In this document: positions 15,220 to 28,010 of the stretch, piece after piece
How the letters are laid out: the number at the start of each line of letters is the position of its first letter
Position numbering within the stretch: position 1 is the stretch's first letter
DNA from: Macrostomum lignano
Taxonomy: Eukaryota
Assembly (NCBI GenBank): GCA_002269645.1
Contig: NIVC01003194.1
Coordinates: 1-64,000, forward strand
DNA length: 64,000 nt
Direction of reading: 5' to 3'
Notes under the pieces: model-generated
Seen by the model: only the letters and a program-made list of their open reading frames with translations
Told to the model about the DNA's origin: nothing
Databases searched by the model: none
Translations under genes and position numbers: made by a program

Positions 15220-16532
15220 CCGAGCATCTTCGAGCCATTTTTCTCCAGATCGTGGAGCAACGCGGAGCCGACTGCGTCGTCTCGCGGAGCATCGTGGCTG
15301 ACTCGGGAAGCCTCCTCCGAGCTCTCCTCTCTCATTTCAAGTTTTTCAGGTTTTCAGGTTCGAGCAGCATTCTACTAAGACGATCAACTGTCGAGACATT
15401 TTTCAGATTTGCCTTTGCTCCGAGCGACTTCGTTATTTTCTTTCAGGTGACGGATAGACAACTCTGCCGACGCGTCGAGTCCGCACACCAAGGTGGCAGC
15501 AACCCTACCAAGTCAAGGCTAACGTTCTAGGTTCATTTTCAGGCAAATCGATAGGTAGTACAACGGTGCTATCTAGCTACTTCAGGAGCAGCGGGTTCTA
15601 TTTCTAGGAACATCTTCAAGAACCCGAGAAGAAGCGAAACACAATCAACTTTTCCCGCTTCTCAACCTCATTCGGGAACTGCTGCCCAGTGCTGGTCAGT
15701 AGTATCTGTGGGAGCGAGCTTCTAAAATTAGAAACTGCTGGGGTAAATTCAACCGCCTGCAGCTGGAAGAGATGCGGCTACTGCGATTTGCACCTGAAAG
15801 CCCAGTCTTTCATGAGATCAAATGAATGAAGTCAGTCAAAGAGAGTTTCGAGTCAAAATCCACGCATAGCACAGCAAACCTTTGCAGAGGGAAAAAAGTA
15901 CTTTCATCGTCAGGGGAAAATTACTCAGAAGACATTCGCCAAATTATGGTGTAGTGATCAGAGGCGCCATAAAGGTGCCACACAAAGACATCGTGGCATT
16001 TCTGTCATCTCCTAACCAAGTGACCAGGGTTTCTAATGGGTTTGTATAGAATAAAACACCGCTATGGCTCTACCCGAATGTTACTCATGTGAACTTTTTA
16101 TAAAATGCCGCTCACAATATTTGGGCAAAATGGCAGCATGAGGTCTCTAAGAGGCCCGCACTGAGGTCTTCGGCTCTGCTGGTGAAGAACTTCTTTCAAA
16201 TAATTTTTATTACGGCAGTAGGTAGACGTTTTTCTACTGCTTGTTTGCATTTCAAAGCCAGGATTACTGTTGCCATGGTAACGATTAACAACTCGATTAA
16301 GAACAATTTGTTATATTGAACCAGAAGGCGGCCTCACCCAATCCTACCAACAGTAGTCTGTGATATATGAGCATTTTATTTAAAATTTGAGTTGCGTGCC
16401 AGCGACTGCAGCATCTGAGGCTACTTAATGAGTCGAAATGACTTGAAAACTTTTGAGTCCATTCATGCACTTTTACTGCACGTGTGCACTTGATAATTAA
16501 TTTAGAATACATGTATATTGACAAGGTATCTG

Positions 16533-17356
16533 CCAGGGGATCTGTCAGTAGGGGATCTGTCAGTAGGGGATCTGTCAGTAGGGGATCTGTCAGTAGGGGA
16601 TCTGTCAGTAGGGGATCTGTCAGTAGGGGATCTGTCAGTAGGGGATCTGTCAGTAGGGGATCTGTCAGTAGGGGATCTGTCAGTAGGGGTCTGTCAGTAG
16701 GGGATCTGTCAGTAGGGGTCTGTCAGTAGGGGATCTGTCAGTAGGGGTCTGTCAGTAGGGGATCTGTCAGTAGGGGATCTGTCAGTAGGGGTCTGTCAGT
16801 AGGGGATCTGTCAGTGGGGGATCTGCCAGTAGGGGATCTGTCAGTAGGGGTCAGTCAGTAGGGGATCTGCCAGTAGGGGATCTGTCAGTAGGGGATCTGT
16901 CAGTAGGGGATCTGCCAGTAGGGGATCTGTCAGTGGGGGATCTGTCAGTAGGGGATCTGTCAGTAGGGGATCTGTCAGTAGCGAATCTGTCAGTAGGGGA
17001 TCTGTCAGTAGGGGTCTGTCAGTAGGGGATCTGTCAGTAGGGGATCTGTCAGTAGGGGATCTGTCAGTAGGGGATCTGTCAGTAGGGGATCTGTCAGTAG
17101 GGGATCTGTCAGTCAGTAGGGGATCTGTCAGTAGGGGTCTGTCAGTAGGGGATCTGTCAGTAGGGGATCTGTCAGTGGGGGATCTGTCAGTAGGGGATCT
17201 GTCAGTAGGGGATCTGTCAGTAGGGGATCTGTCAGTAGGGGATCTATCAGTAGGGGATCTGTCAGTAGGGGATCTGTCAGTAGGGGATCTGTCAGTAGGG
17301 GATCTGTCAGTAGGGGATCTGTCAGTAGGGGATCTGTCAGTAGGGGATCTGTCAGT
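16533..17356. repeat. 15-bp minisatellite (ggggatctgtcagta), about 55 units
   Basis: Direct periodicity. Confidence 0.97.
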
Positions 17357-17359
17357 GGA

Positions 17360-19850
17360 TCAGTCCGACTCTCTGCAGACATTCGGCACCACTTATGCTT
17401 AAAGTTCATCAAGATTAAGCTGAGTCAGACATGATACACATTTATTTTATCTCCCGCTGCCCCAGTCCCATTATCCGCAGAAGCAGCTCTGGACAAAGTC
17501 TGACCCAGTTACCGATTGGCAAGAGTAACAAACAACTCTCTCTCTCTCTCTTCTCACGTTGCAGAGCCGCATCGCGTCGAACACGATATGGAGGAGAGAC
17601 GGGGGTTGATGGCGCACCCAGTCTCAGGCCTAATGGAGCAGCTCTGCAGTTGCTGTATAAACTGCAATAATGATTGAATGAGCCACATTTTTAGTACTTT
17701 TCGAGTGGTTGACAGCCTCGCATTAGCAATGGAAGCTGCAATAGTAACCGCTGCATTAGCAGGAGCAATTAAAATCCAGCATCACTGAGCAGCTCAGAGC
17801 CGCAGGGGCCACTCATACGCAGCTTTGAATTGAAGTTTTCTTAGAACAGCCGCTCGAAGCCACTGCATGAGTGCTTCATCTCTCTGCCTCGTCTGTCAGA
17901 GAGGCTCTCATTGTCCCAGCTTATATTGTGAATTCTACCTAATATGAATCTTTTTCTCCATCAACAACATTTCTTACCTTTCCAGTGTTTGCATATTTGT
18001 TAGATATTTGTATTTAATCATGAAAGATTGCTTGGATGGCCATATTCTGACAGGCTTTTGATCGATGCTGGCGCCGGAAACCAAGCTGGGGGTGTGACGT
18101 TTTGACGGCTATGACCCAGAGATGCGCTCTTTGACTTCTCAACTCCTTTTGGCCACAGCGTGGCTGGCGGGTTAAGTGATTTTTCTGTTGTTGCAGATGC
18201 CATTGAAATGCAGAGCATCAAATATCAGTGTCAAAAATCCCTTCTGGCTAACAGAATTCAACTCTGTCTATATCAACACACTTCTGTCTGCATAAACACA
18301 TTTCTGTCCGCATAAACACATCTCTGTCTGCATAAACACACTTCTGTCTGCATAAACACACTTCTGTCTGCATAAACACACTTCTGTCTGCATAAACACA
18401 CTTCTGTCTGCATAAACACACTTCTGTCTGCATAAACACATTCCTGTCTGCATAAACACACTTTTGTCTGCATAAACACACTTTTGTCTGCATAAACACA
18501 CTTCTGTCTGCATAAACACACTTCTGTCTGCATAAACACACTTCTGTCTGCATAAACACATTCCTGTCTGCATAAACACACTTTTGTCTGCATAAACACA
18601 CTTTTGTCTGCATAAACACACTTCTTTCTGCATAAACTTTGTCTGCATAAACACACTTCTTTCTGCATAAACTTTGTCTGCATAAACACACTTCTGTCTG
18701 CATAAACACACTTCTGTCTGCATAAACACACTTCTGTCTGCATAAACACATTCCTGTCTGCATAAACACACTTTTGTCTGCATAAACACACTTTTGTCTG
18801 CATAAACACACTTCTTTCTGCATAAACTTTGTCTGCATAAACACACTTCTTTCTGCATAAACTTTGTCTGCATAAACACACGTCTGCATATCACCACATC
18901 TGGATAAACACATTTCTGTTTACATAACACATTTCGGATATGTTATTAGGTCATCTGACAGAGTTTCAGATCTTAATTCGAGCACATATTCTGCATCATT
19001 TGTAATTGCAAAGTTCATGAAAAATAAGCTGAGCCAGACATACTCGTACTTGTATTTGATCTCCCGCTGCCCCAGCCCCATTATCCGCAGGACCAGCTCT
19101 GTCCAAGCAGAATAACAAAGTATTCGCTCTCTCCTCACGTTGCAGCCCCACTTCGGCGAAACACGAGATGGAGGGGGTCTGGGGCTGATGGCGCACCCAG
19201 TCTCAGGCTCGGAGCATTGCTGTAGCAATGATTGAATGGGCCAAATTTTTTAGAGCTTTTCGAGTGGCTGATAGCCTTGCATGAACAATGGAGAAGCTGC
19301 AAAAACTGCTTCATCAGCAAAAGCAACTAAAACCCAGCATTTGAGCAGCTCAGAGCCGCAGGGGCCACTCATGTGGAGCTCTAAGCTGTTTCGGTTTGCT
19401 GACTGTGTTGAATTGAAATTTCGCTCGAAGCCACTGGAAAAGTGCTCAACACCGGAGCGGAAAAAAATAACAGCCTTCATTCTACTCGTCTCGACCCCAG
19501 CTGTCCAAGCAGCCAACCTCATAGAATAACGAAGCTGGGGTTTTAGGCTAGGGCTGTGAGTTTTGAGATGTAAGCCAGCAGTGTGTTTTAAGAGTCTTTC
19601 TGACATGCAGGCAGAAGATAGCGAGAAAATAAAACCGGTTACTCGCTCATCTCTCAAGGGCTGTCATTGTCCCAGATTATTGTGAATTCTCTCCTATGAA
19701 GCAGCATTTCTTATCTGTCCAGAGTGTTTGCACAGTCGTTTGTTTTTTGCACTTAATCAAAAAATATTGCTTGCTGGTTTGCTGCATTTGGTAGGTGCTA
19801 TTAATATTATGTAGGCAATCGAAGTTCAGTGTCGGCAAATCACTAATGAC
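17360..19850. repeat. Diverged direct duplication of an ~850-bp unit (about 17360-18250 and 18945-19850) of unknown, possibly ex-coding, origin
   Basis: Shared blocks such as atctcccgctgccccag.cccattatccgcag, gatggcgcacccagtctcaggc and agctcagagccgcaggggcc.actcat. Confidence 0.8.
18278..18910. repeat. 20-bp minisatellite (cttctgtctgcataaacaca), about 30 units
   Basis: Direct periodicity; sits between the two duplicated units. Confidence 0.97.
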
Positions 19851-20874
19851 CAAATCACCATTACGGTTTATAGTTTCTTTTTTTCATTTTTCAATTATTT
19901 TTCAATTTTATTTTTCAAAAATTATACTTTGTATCTATCTTTACTAACTAAAGTAAAAAGAGTGTTATTAGCACTTAGGAAATTCGATTTTGTTAAAATG
20001 TGTACTCGGCAGTCACATTACATAAAAGTAAAAGTTACAGCATTACAGGTCCCTGTTTGATCATTCTGTTGCAGTCATGCAGACATTTTGGAAACAAATT
20101 GGTATTTTCATGACAGCAGGCCTTTACTGCTCTGGAGTATTGTTTGGTAAACTTCAGTCTACAATGCAGCTTAAATCTGCAGGAAGAGAAAGGGAATTCA
20201 CTGAATGCTTCCAGTTAACGGCAAGCAGTCTTAATGGTTTGTGTTTCAAACTGGACACCTAATTAAGAAATTCAAATACATTTGATGCTTTCCGACTGTT
20301 TGTATAGTTCGTTCTTGGTCTGATTGGAGTCAGTTATTAACGAGTTCGACTATGATTTTTCTGACTATGATCAGACCATAATGATGTTAAAACAAGCGAA
20401 TACAAGGTGGTAAGCAAACTGTGGACAGAGTACGAAGCAGTTAAAGGGTCATGGTATAGTTATCGATAATTTGAGTCGTCTGTCGTCAAAGGCTAATGCC
20501 TGCGGTAGTCTGAGAGTTGAGTCTAAGGTTTGGTCAATTGCAATGCTAGAGAGTAGGAAGAGGGCCGGTCTGAAGACTGCTTCTTACTTCGTTTGTTAAA
20601 AATACAGCGCGATGTTAGTCTGCTATTGGTAGCCTGCGTTGAGCAAATCATCTCAGATGGATAGGACGGCATTGATGGAGTTCGCACAAAAACGCACACA
20701 ATGGAAATGGCTATACATTTTTAAAAGGCAGAGTTGCCAAGTACATGTACCTTATTATAAGGCTGTTATTTTACGAGTAATAATTTATCTTGGGCTTCGT
20801 TTAAGCTTAAAGAATAAGAAAATTTTTGAACGATAGCCTGAGCTACCACGACGCAATCTGCACCAGCTTCGGTC

Positions 20875-22741
20875 ATGGCAAGCGATACAATACTCCTGTT
20901 TGAAACAGCGACTAGCAAAAGAGGTTACTATGGAAGCAATTCGACTCAAGCTGGAACTCGTACAGGTAATTCGAATGAAGCTGGAGGTGCAGAAGTTAAT
21001 TCGAATGAAGCTGGAGGTGCAGAAGTTAATTCGACTGAAATTGAAATTCATCCAGCATTTTCCATGAAGTTCTGCAACTTGCTGCCAATCGAATACACTG
21101 TGATCTTGTCGATTTTGAGTTTAGCTTTAACCTTAAATGACAGCCAACTGCAGAGAGGTAACGAGAAGTGCGCTGACTTCAAGCCTTTGCCGTCGAAAAT
21201 TTGTAGTTCAACCTTATTGTTTTGTGCTGTGTTCTCGCTCATTGGGTTGCTTTTGTATGCTTATTGTAGCAAAAAGAAGCTTGTCAATGCCAAAGTGTCA
21301 GATAAAGATGGCAAAAAACGGTCGTTTAAAAAAGTCTCAGCCTGGATTCCTGTGCTGGAAAAGCACGCTTCCGTGCCTTCTACATTCCTGCTGATCGCCT
21401 GCTTTTTGCTAGGCCTGGTCTTCGCTATTGGAAACGCCTTAAAATCTATTGACGGTATTTTCCAGCTCACAAGCGATGAAAACGATAGTAACCACTGCTC
21501 GGATCCAAATTTCTGGTGGCACTTTGACAAGTTTGTGATTCCATGCCTAAAAGTCGCGTTTACAATACTCCAAACCCTATTCTTTGCATTTCATGGCAAC
21601 CAAAGTCCGAATACGAGCCGTGGTTTCTCAATTTTATTCTCCTTTCTAATGGCCCATTTAATCGCCACCAACTTGTCGTCTTGGTTCTCAAGAGTTAACT
21701 CTGAAGTTCTGGAACAGCTCAATAATCATAATCATTCAGAAAGCAACAATTCTGGTATAAGCAAATTTCTGCCCTATATTTTTCCATTCAGCGCTGAATA
21801 TTCCCCTCTCTGCGCCATTTTCGCCCTGTTCTGGTGGATCAACATCGGGCATTTGGCTAAACTGTTGCGCGAGCATCCTGCTGTGAAAAATGAAGAAGAT
21901 CTGCAGAATTTGCTGAAAGAAAGCTCGCACGATCTGGCTCTTTGTCGGACCTTCTTGAAACTTCTTGGCCTGATCCTACTGACAGCTTTTACCATATTTT
22001 CCTCCATATTTTTTTTTCTTGAATCTTAACCGAATGTATCAATATACGATATTCTACTTCGTTATGATGTGCCTCCACTTTGTCAATGCAATCGCTTTGA
22101 TTTGTTTCTTTCGGTTTGGCCGTCAAAATCAGAACTCCACTGGTCAGCAGTTTCACAGACGCTACGGAGTCGACGTTGCTCTGTTGTGGATAGCTGCAGT
22201 ATTTGACACAGCTAACAATACATTTTTACTTGCATACAACTTTTACAACATTATCGATCCCTCGCGAGTTCAGTTCGATGGTAAAGCCGCCAAAAACTCC
22301 GTTCCATTTGCTGTGGCTTTCGTAGACCTGATAATTGGTATAGTGGACACCTGGTTGCAAGTAAAAGTATTGACTCTGGCGTTCAACTGGACATTCCGCG
22401 CCAATTCAACAACGATCGATAGGTTAAAACAGTGCTCTTGCGTAATAATGGCGATAAACTTAATAGAGTGGTTGATGTTCACTATTCGCAGCTCCCAAAT
22501 GATTGTCGACACAGAATCTCTCAAGATTGGGATCCCATCGATAACGCTAATTGTGTCAATCATTTGCTTGCCGCTCTCGATATTTTACAGATTCCACAGT
22601 GTCGGCTGCTTAGAAGAGATCAGAGGACACCTGGAAAAAGTAGAATTGACGCCAGATAATACGATCTACATCGAAATGGTTCCACTGCGGCCTGCTGAGA
22701 CCAGGCCTGCTGAGACACCGCCTGCTGAGACCGCCTGCTGA
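20875..22741 (+). CDS. otop: Otopetrin-family proton channel, copy 2 (intronless; one apparent +1 frameshift in a T9 run at about 22009-22017)
   Basis: MAHLIATNL, FPFSAEYS and IFYRFHSVGCLEEI. Removing one T fuses ORFs 20875-22029 and 22019-22741 into a ~620-aa protein colinear with copy 1. Confidence 0.85.
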
Positions 22742-23022
22742 GACACCGCCTGCTGAGACACCCCCTGCTGAGACACTGCCTGCTGAGACGCCTGCTGAGG
22801 CACTTCCTGCTGAGACGCCTGCTGAGACCAGCCTGCTGAGGCACTACCTGCTGAGACGCCTGCTGAGACACCGCCTGCTGAGACACCCCCTGCTGAGACA
22901 CTGCCTGCTGAGACGCCTGCTGAGGCACTTCCTGCTGAGACGCCTGCTGAGACCAGCCTGCTGAGGCACTGCCTGCTGAGACGCCTGCTGAGACCCGCCT
23001 GCTGAGGCACTGCCTGCTGAGA
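22688..23022. repeat. 12/15-bp minisatellite (cctgctgagac..) overlapping the otopetrin-2 C-terminus
   Basis: Encodes PAETRPAETPPAET before a repeat-internal shift reaches a stop. Confidence 0.9.
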
Positions 23023-23595
23023 CATTTATCGACTTACATACATAGGTATGTAAGTCGATAAATCAATAAGTAGGCAGCTGTGCGCAGGCAACTGTCGTGC
23101 TACCATTAACTTTGCTACGATATTATTTTAAATGAGATTTTTTTATAATTTCTCAACTGTATCGAACACTTTTGTCCTGAAATTTCGTTACACTTTGACT
23201 TTTTTGTTCGACACCTCTTCTATTTGTGCTTATTTCAAATTTGACTATACATGTATATACTCGTATATACATTTGAGGCTTGCCATGATACATTAAAATG
23301 TGGTAATCAAAAATAATTTTATTCATTATTGTCAATTGATCTGTGACCCAATTACCGTATGCGCCTTGCGTCAAATCGAATAGTTAAGTAATTAAAATAA
23401 ACCTTACCTTCATTTTCACTTCGGACTCTGCGCTGTCTATGGCACATTCACTCGCTTGCACTGGGGCAGCCCCCAAAGCGTTTGCACTATTGTGTAATTT
23501 TGCAAGCTAAAGTAAGTTAAAAACCCTGAATTAAAATCCTGGATAATTCTGGCCGCGCTGGCCAGAACAAAGGAACAAGGTTGAAACGGCCATAA

Positions 23596-24657
23596 ATGGC
23601 GAGAGTGCTGCAGAACGTCGACCTGAAAGACCTGGCCAACCGGTTGCTCACATTTGACACTGAGGATGTTGAGAATCACGTGCCGCTCACTGCGGCTGAG
23701 TGCCTGTCAGTGTGCCACATGGCCATGGAGGCAATGAGATCCACAGACATCTGCATCCACATCAAGACGCCAATCAACATTGTGGGCGACTTGCACGGCC
23801 AGTTCCACGATCTGCTTCGAATATTCGACGCTCTTGGCCAGCCGCCCGAGTCACGCTTTCTGTTCCTCGGCGACTACATCGACCGAGGCAAGTACTCGCT
23901 CGAGGTGATGACGCTGCTGTTTGTGCTGATGCTGCTGTACCCGAACTCGGTGTACCTGCTGCGAGGCAACCACGAGACGGCCAACATCTGCTGCAGGTAC
24001 GGATTCAAAGACGAAATCGGCCAACGAATGGTGCGAATTCAGGCGCACAAAGTGCTTGGCGGATTCGTCAGGACCTTCCAGTGGATGCCGATGTGCGCAA
24101 TCATTGATGGCCAGATCTTCTGCTGTCACGGTGGCATCTCGCCAAACTTCATGCTGCAACCATTTAACCTTCGAGGCGGGCAGCAGGCCAATGTCCAGGC
24201 GTTGAACGAGTGCAAGAAGCCGGTGGAACCGGTCAGGCCCGGCATCCTGTGCGACATCATGTGGTCGGACCCAATTGGCACCGCGTTCAGCGCCCAGTTC
24301 AGCCAGAGCAGCGAGACTCTGACTGAGGCCAAGTGGCTGCCAAACAAGCGTGGCTGTTCGTTCTCATTCTCTGGCCAAGCTCTAGAAGAGGTGATGCGGC
24401 TGTTCCAGACTCAGATGCTGATCAGAGGCCATCAGGTGGCTATGAACGGCTATCAGTCACAGTTGAACAGACGCTGCGTCACCGTGTTCAGCGCGCCTGG
24501 CTACTGCGGCGTCTACAACAATATCAGCAGCATACTGCAGATCGAGCGGCTGAACGATGATAGCAAATCCCCTGGCAGTTTTTTCCTGCTGCGACCGATG
24601 CAAAGAGACCCGTCTGCGCTGGCAAACCTGTTCTGGAACGAGCTGCGCGACATCTAA
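23596..24657 (+). CDS. PP1-like Ser/Thr protein phosphatase catalytic subunit (PPP family), intronless, 353 aa
   Basis: GDLHGQ, GDYIDRG, LRGNHE, HGG, RG, RGHQ and SAPGYC motifs all present. Confidence 0.95.
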   Translation: MARVLQNVDLKDLANRLLTFDTEDVENHVPLTAAECLSVCHMAMEAMRSTDICIHIKTPINIVGDLHGQFHDLLRIFDALGQPPESRFLFLGDYIDRGKYSLEVMTLLFVLMLLYPNSVYLLRGNHETANICCRYGFKDEIGQRMVRIQAHKVLGGFVRTFQWMPMCAIIDGQIFCCHGGISPNFMLQPFNLRGGQQANVQALNECKKPVEPVRPGILCDIMWSDPIGTAFSAQFSQSSETLTEAKWLPNKRGCSFSFSGQALEEVMRLFQTQMLIRGHQVAMNGYQSQLNRRCVTVFSAPGYCGVYNNISSILQIERLNDDSKSPGSFFLLRPMQRDPSALANLFWNELRDI

Positions 24658-25009
24658 GAGCGACGACTCCATTTGACACGGTGAAGGAAAGTTCGGCAGC
24701 TCACCTCTGCACAGACGATAGAAAGTTATTTATTTTTTTACTAACGAAAGTTCATTTGTTTGTACTCACTTGGTGAAATAAAACTGCCTTTTTCCTAAAA
24801 ATAATAAACTGCAGAATAGACTGTCGGCATTTTTTTTGCATCGCTGGGAGTTAAATGGTCTTGAAGGCGTTTGACACGAGGCTGTAGGTTGTAAAATACC
24901 GAAATATGCGAATAATATACCGTGTGATTTACATTGTAAGACGCCAACGGTTAGAACACGTTGCTTTTAATCTGCCCTTCTTGTGATGACACTTCCAGCT
25001 GATACAGGT

Positions 25010-27492
25010 GGGTGTTTGATGGTGTCATTCCTGATGCAGGTGTGGGTGGGTGTTTGATGGTGCCATTCCTGATGCAGGTGTGGGTGTTTGGTGCCATTCC
25101 TGATGCAGGTGTGGGTGTTTGATGGTGCCATTCCTGATGCAGGTGGGTGGGTGTTTGATGGTGCCATTCCTGATGCAGGTGGGTGGGTGTTTGATGGGGC
25201 CATTCCTGATGCAGGTGGGTGGGTGTTTGATGGTGCCATTCCTGATGCAGGTGTGGGTGTTTGATGGTGCCATTCCTGATGCAGGTGGGTGGGTGTTTGA
25301 TGGGGCCATTCCTGATGCAGGTGGGTGGGTGTTTGATGGTGCCATTCCTGATGCAGGTGTGGGTGTTTGATGGGGCCATTCCTGATGCAGGTGTGGGTGT
25401 TTGATGGTGCCATTCCTGATGCAGGTGGGTGGGTGTTTGATGGGGCCATTCCTGATGCAGGTGTGGGTGTTTGATGGTGCCATTCCTGATGCAGGTGGGT
25501 GGGTGTTTGATGGGGCCATTCCTGATGCAGGTGGGTGGGTGTTTGATGGGGCCATTCCTGATGCAGGTGGGTGGGTGTTTGATGGGGCCATTCCTGATGC
25601 AGGTGGGTGGGTGTTTGATGGTGCCATTCCTGATGCAGGTGGGTGGGTGTTTGATGGTGCCATTCCTGATGCAGGTGTGGGTGTTTGATGGGGCCATTCC
25701 TGATGCAGGTGGGTGGGTGTTTGATGGGCCCATTCCTGATGCAGGTGGGTGGGTGTTTGATGGTGCCATTCCTGATGCAGGTGGGTGGGTGTTTGATGGG
25801 CCATTCCTGATGCAGGTGGGTGGGTGTTTGATGGTGCCATTCCTGATGCAGGTGTGGGTGTTTGATGGTGCCATTCCTGATGCAGGTGGGTGGGTGTTTG
25901 ATGGTGCCATTCCTGATGCAGGTGGGTGGGTGTTTGATGGTGCCATTCCTGATGCAGGTGTGGGTGTTTGATGGTGCCATTCCTGATGCAGGTGTGGGTG
26001 TTTGATGGTGCCATTCCTGATGCAGGTGGGTGGGTGTTTGATGGGGCCATTCCTGATGCAGGTGGGTGGGTGTTTGATGGTGCCATTCCTGATGCAGGTG
26101 TGGGTGTTTGATGGGGCCATTCCTGATGCAGGTGTGGGTGTTTGATGGTGCCATTCCTGATGCAGGTGGGTGGGTGTTTGATGGGGCCATTCCTGATGCA
26201 GGTGGGTGGGTGTTTGATGGTGCCATTCCTGATGCAGGTGTGGGTGTTTGATGGTGCCATTCCTGATGCAGGTGGGTGGGTGTTTGATGGGGCCATTCCT
26301 GATGCAGGTGGGTGGGTGTTTGATGGTGCCATTCCTGATGCAGGTGTGGGTGTTTGATGGGGCCATTCCTGATGCAGGTGTGGGTGTTTGATGGTGCCAT
26401 TCCTGATGCAGGTGGGTGGGTGTTTGATGGGGCCATTCCTGATGCAGGTGTGGGTGTTTGATGGTGCCATTCCTGATGCAGGTGGGTGGGTGTTTGATGG
26501 GGCCATTCCTGATGCAGGTGGGTGGGTGTTTGATGGGGCCATTCCTGATGCAGGTGGGTGGGTGTTTGATGGGGCCATTCCTGATGCAGGTGGGTGGGTG
26601 TTTGATGGTGCCATTCCTGATGCAGGTGGGTGGGTGTTTGATGGTGCCATTCCTGATGCAGGTGTGGGTGTTTGATGGGGCCATTCCTGATGCAGGTGGG
26701 TGGGTGTTTGATGGGCCCATTCCTGATGCAGGTGGGTGGGTGTTTGATGGTGCCATTCCTGATGCAGGTGGGTGGGTGTTTGATGGGGCCATTCCTGATG
26801 CAGGTGGGTGGGTGTTTGATGGTGCCATTCCTGATGCAGGTGTGGGTGTTTGATGGTGCCATTCCTGATGCAGGTGGGTGGGTGTTTGATGGTGCCATTC
26901 CTGATGCAGGTGGGTGGGTGTTTGATGGTGCCATTCCTGATGCAGGTGTGGGTGTTTGATGGTGCCATTCCTGATGCAGGTGTGGGTGTTTGATGGTGCC
27001 ATTCCTGATGCAGGTGGGTGGGTGTTTGATGGGGCCATTCCTGATGCAGGTGGGTGGGTGTTTGATGGTGCCATTCCTGATGCAGGTGTGGGTGTTTGAT
27101 GGGGCCATTCCTGATGCAGGTGTGGGTGTTTGATGGTGCCATTCCTGATGCAGGTGGGTGGGTGTTTGATGGGGCCATTCCTGATGCAGGTGGGTGGGTG
27201 TTTGATGGTGCCATTCCTGATGCAGGTGTGGGTGTTTGATGGTGCCATTCCTGATGCAGGTGGGTGGGTGTTTGATGGGGCCATTCCTGATGCAGGTGGG
27301 TGGGTGTTTGATGGGGCCATTCCTGATGCAGGTGGGTGGGTGTCTGATGGGGCCATTCCTGATGCAGGTGGGTGGGTGTTTGATGGGGCCATTCCTGATG
27401 CAGGTGTGGGTGTTTGATGGGGCCATTCCTGATGCAGGTGGGTGGGTGTTTGATGGGGCCATTCCTGATGCAGGTGTGGGTGTTTGATGGGG
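25010..27492. repeat. G-rich satellite with 36-bp and 34-bp monomers (about 70 units) and a ~987-bp higher-order duplication
   Basis: gatgg(t/g)gccattcctgatgcaggt(gggt|gt)gggtgttt; the rare variant gggccc occurs at 25726 and 26713. Confidence 0.97.
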
Positions 27493-28010
27493 GGATTCTT
27501 TCAGAAAGGAACGAATGGACAATTCAGGTGTCAGGTTGTCCACCGAGCTCCAAAATATCAGCGCATATCTGCCCGACCCCGAGAAAAGTAATCCCGCACA
27601 CCTAGGCATTTACCCAAATTTTTAGTGACATGAGTTTCTAATTAAATAATTATACCACGACTCGGCGTCTGGAGCCTTCATCATAAATTTTACTACTTTG
27701 TAAAAAATAAACGCTTGCAGGAAGAGACTAATTGCAATTCGGGAATTTTTTTAGAAAAGATAAAAATTATTTTCGAAGTATATTTGATAAAATGCAATTA
27801 GACAGTTCAAATATGTGACGCGATAGACAATACTGTTCCATAAAAAGGCGTGAAGACAGTAATTCACTGGCAGTACACTGATAAAGCAGACCAGTTGTTC
27901 CGAAGATGCACAGCCTGGAGAATGAAAGGTAAGAAGAAACGGTAATAATTTGACATACATAACATACATTAAATTTCCAGTAATATAAACAGGTGTTTAA
28001 AATTTTATAA

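Noticed and set aside
15700-16250. Possible Ginger/integrase-like remnant
   Set aside because: Similarity too weak and fragmented to support.
24951-27609. Giant 729-880 aa ORFs on the minus strand
   Set aside because: All three frames are open simply because the satellite unit has no stop on that strand; no domain content.
27600-27690. Possible fifth C/D snoRNA (minus-strand ATGATGA at 27678-27684)
   Set aside because: No canonical D box at a suitable distance and no rRNA complement recognised.
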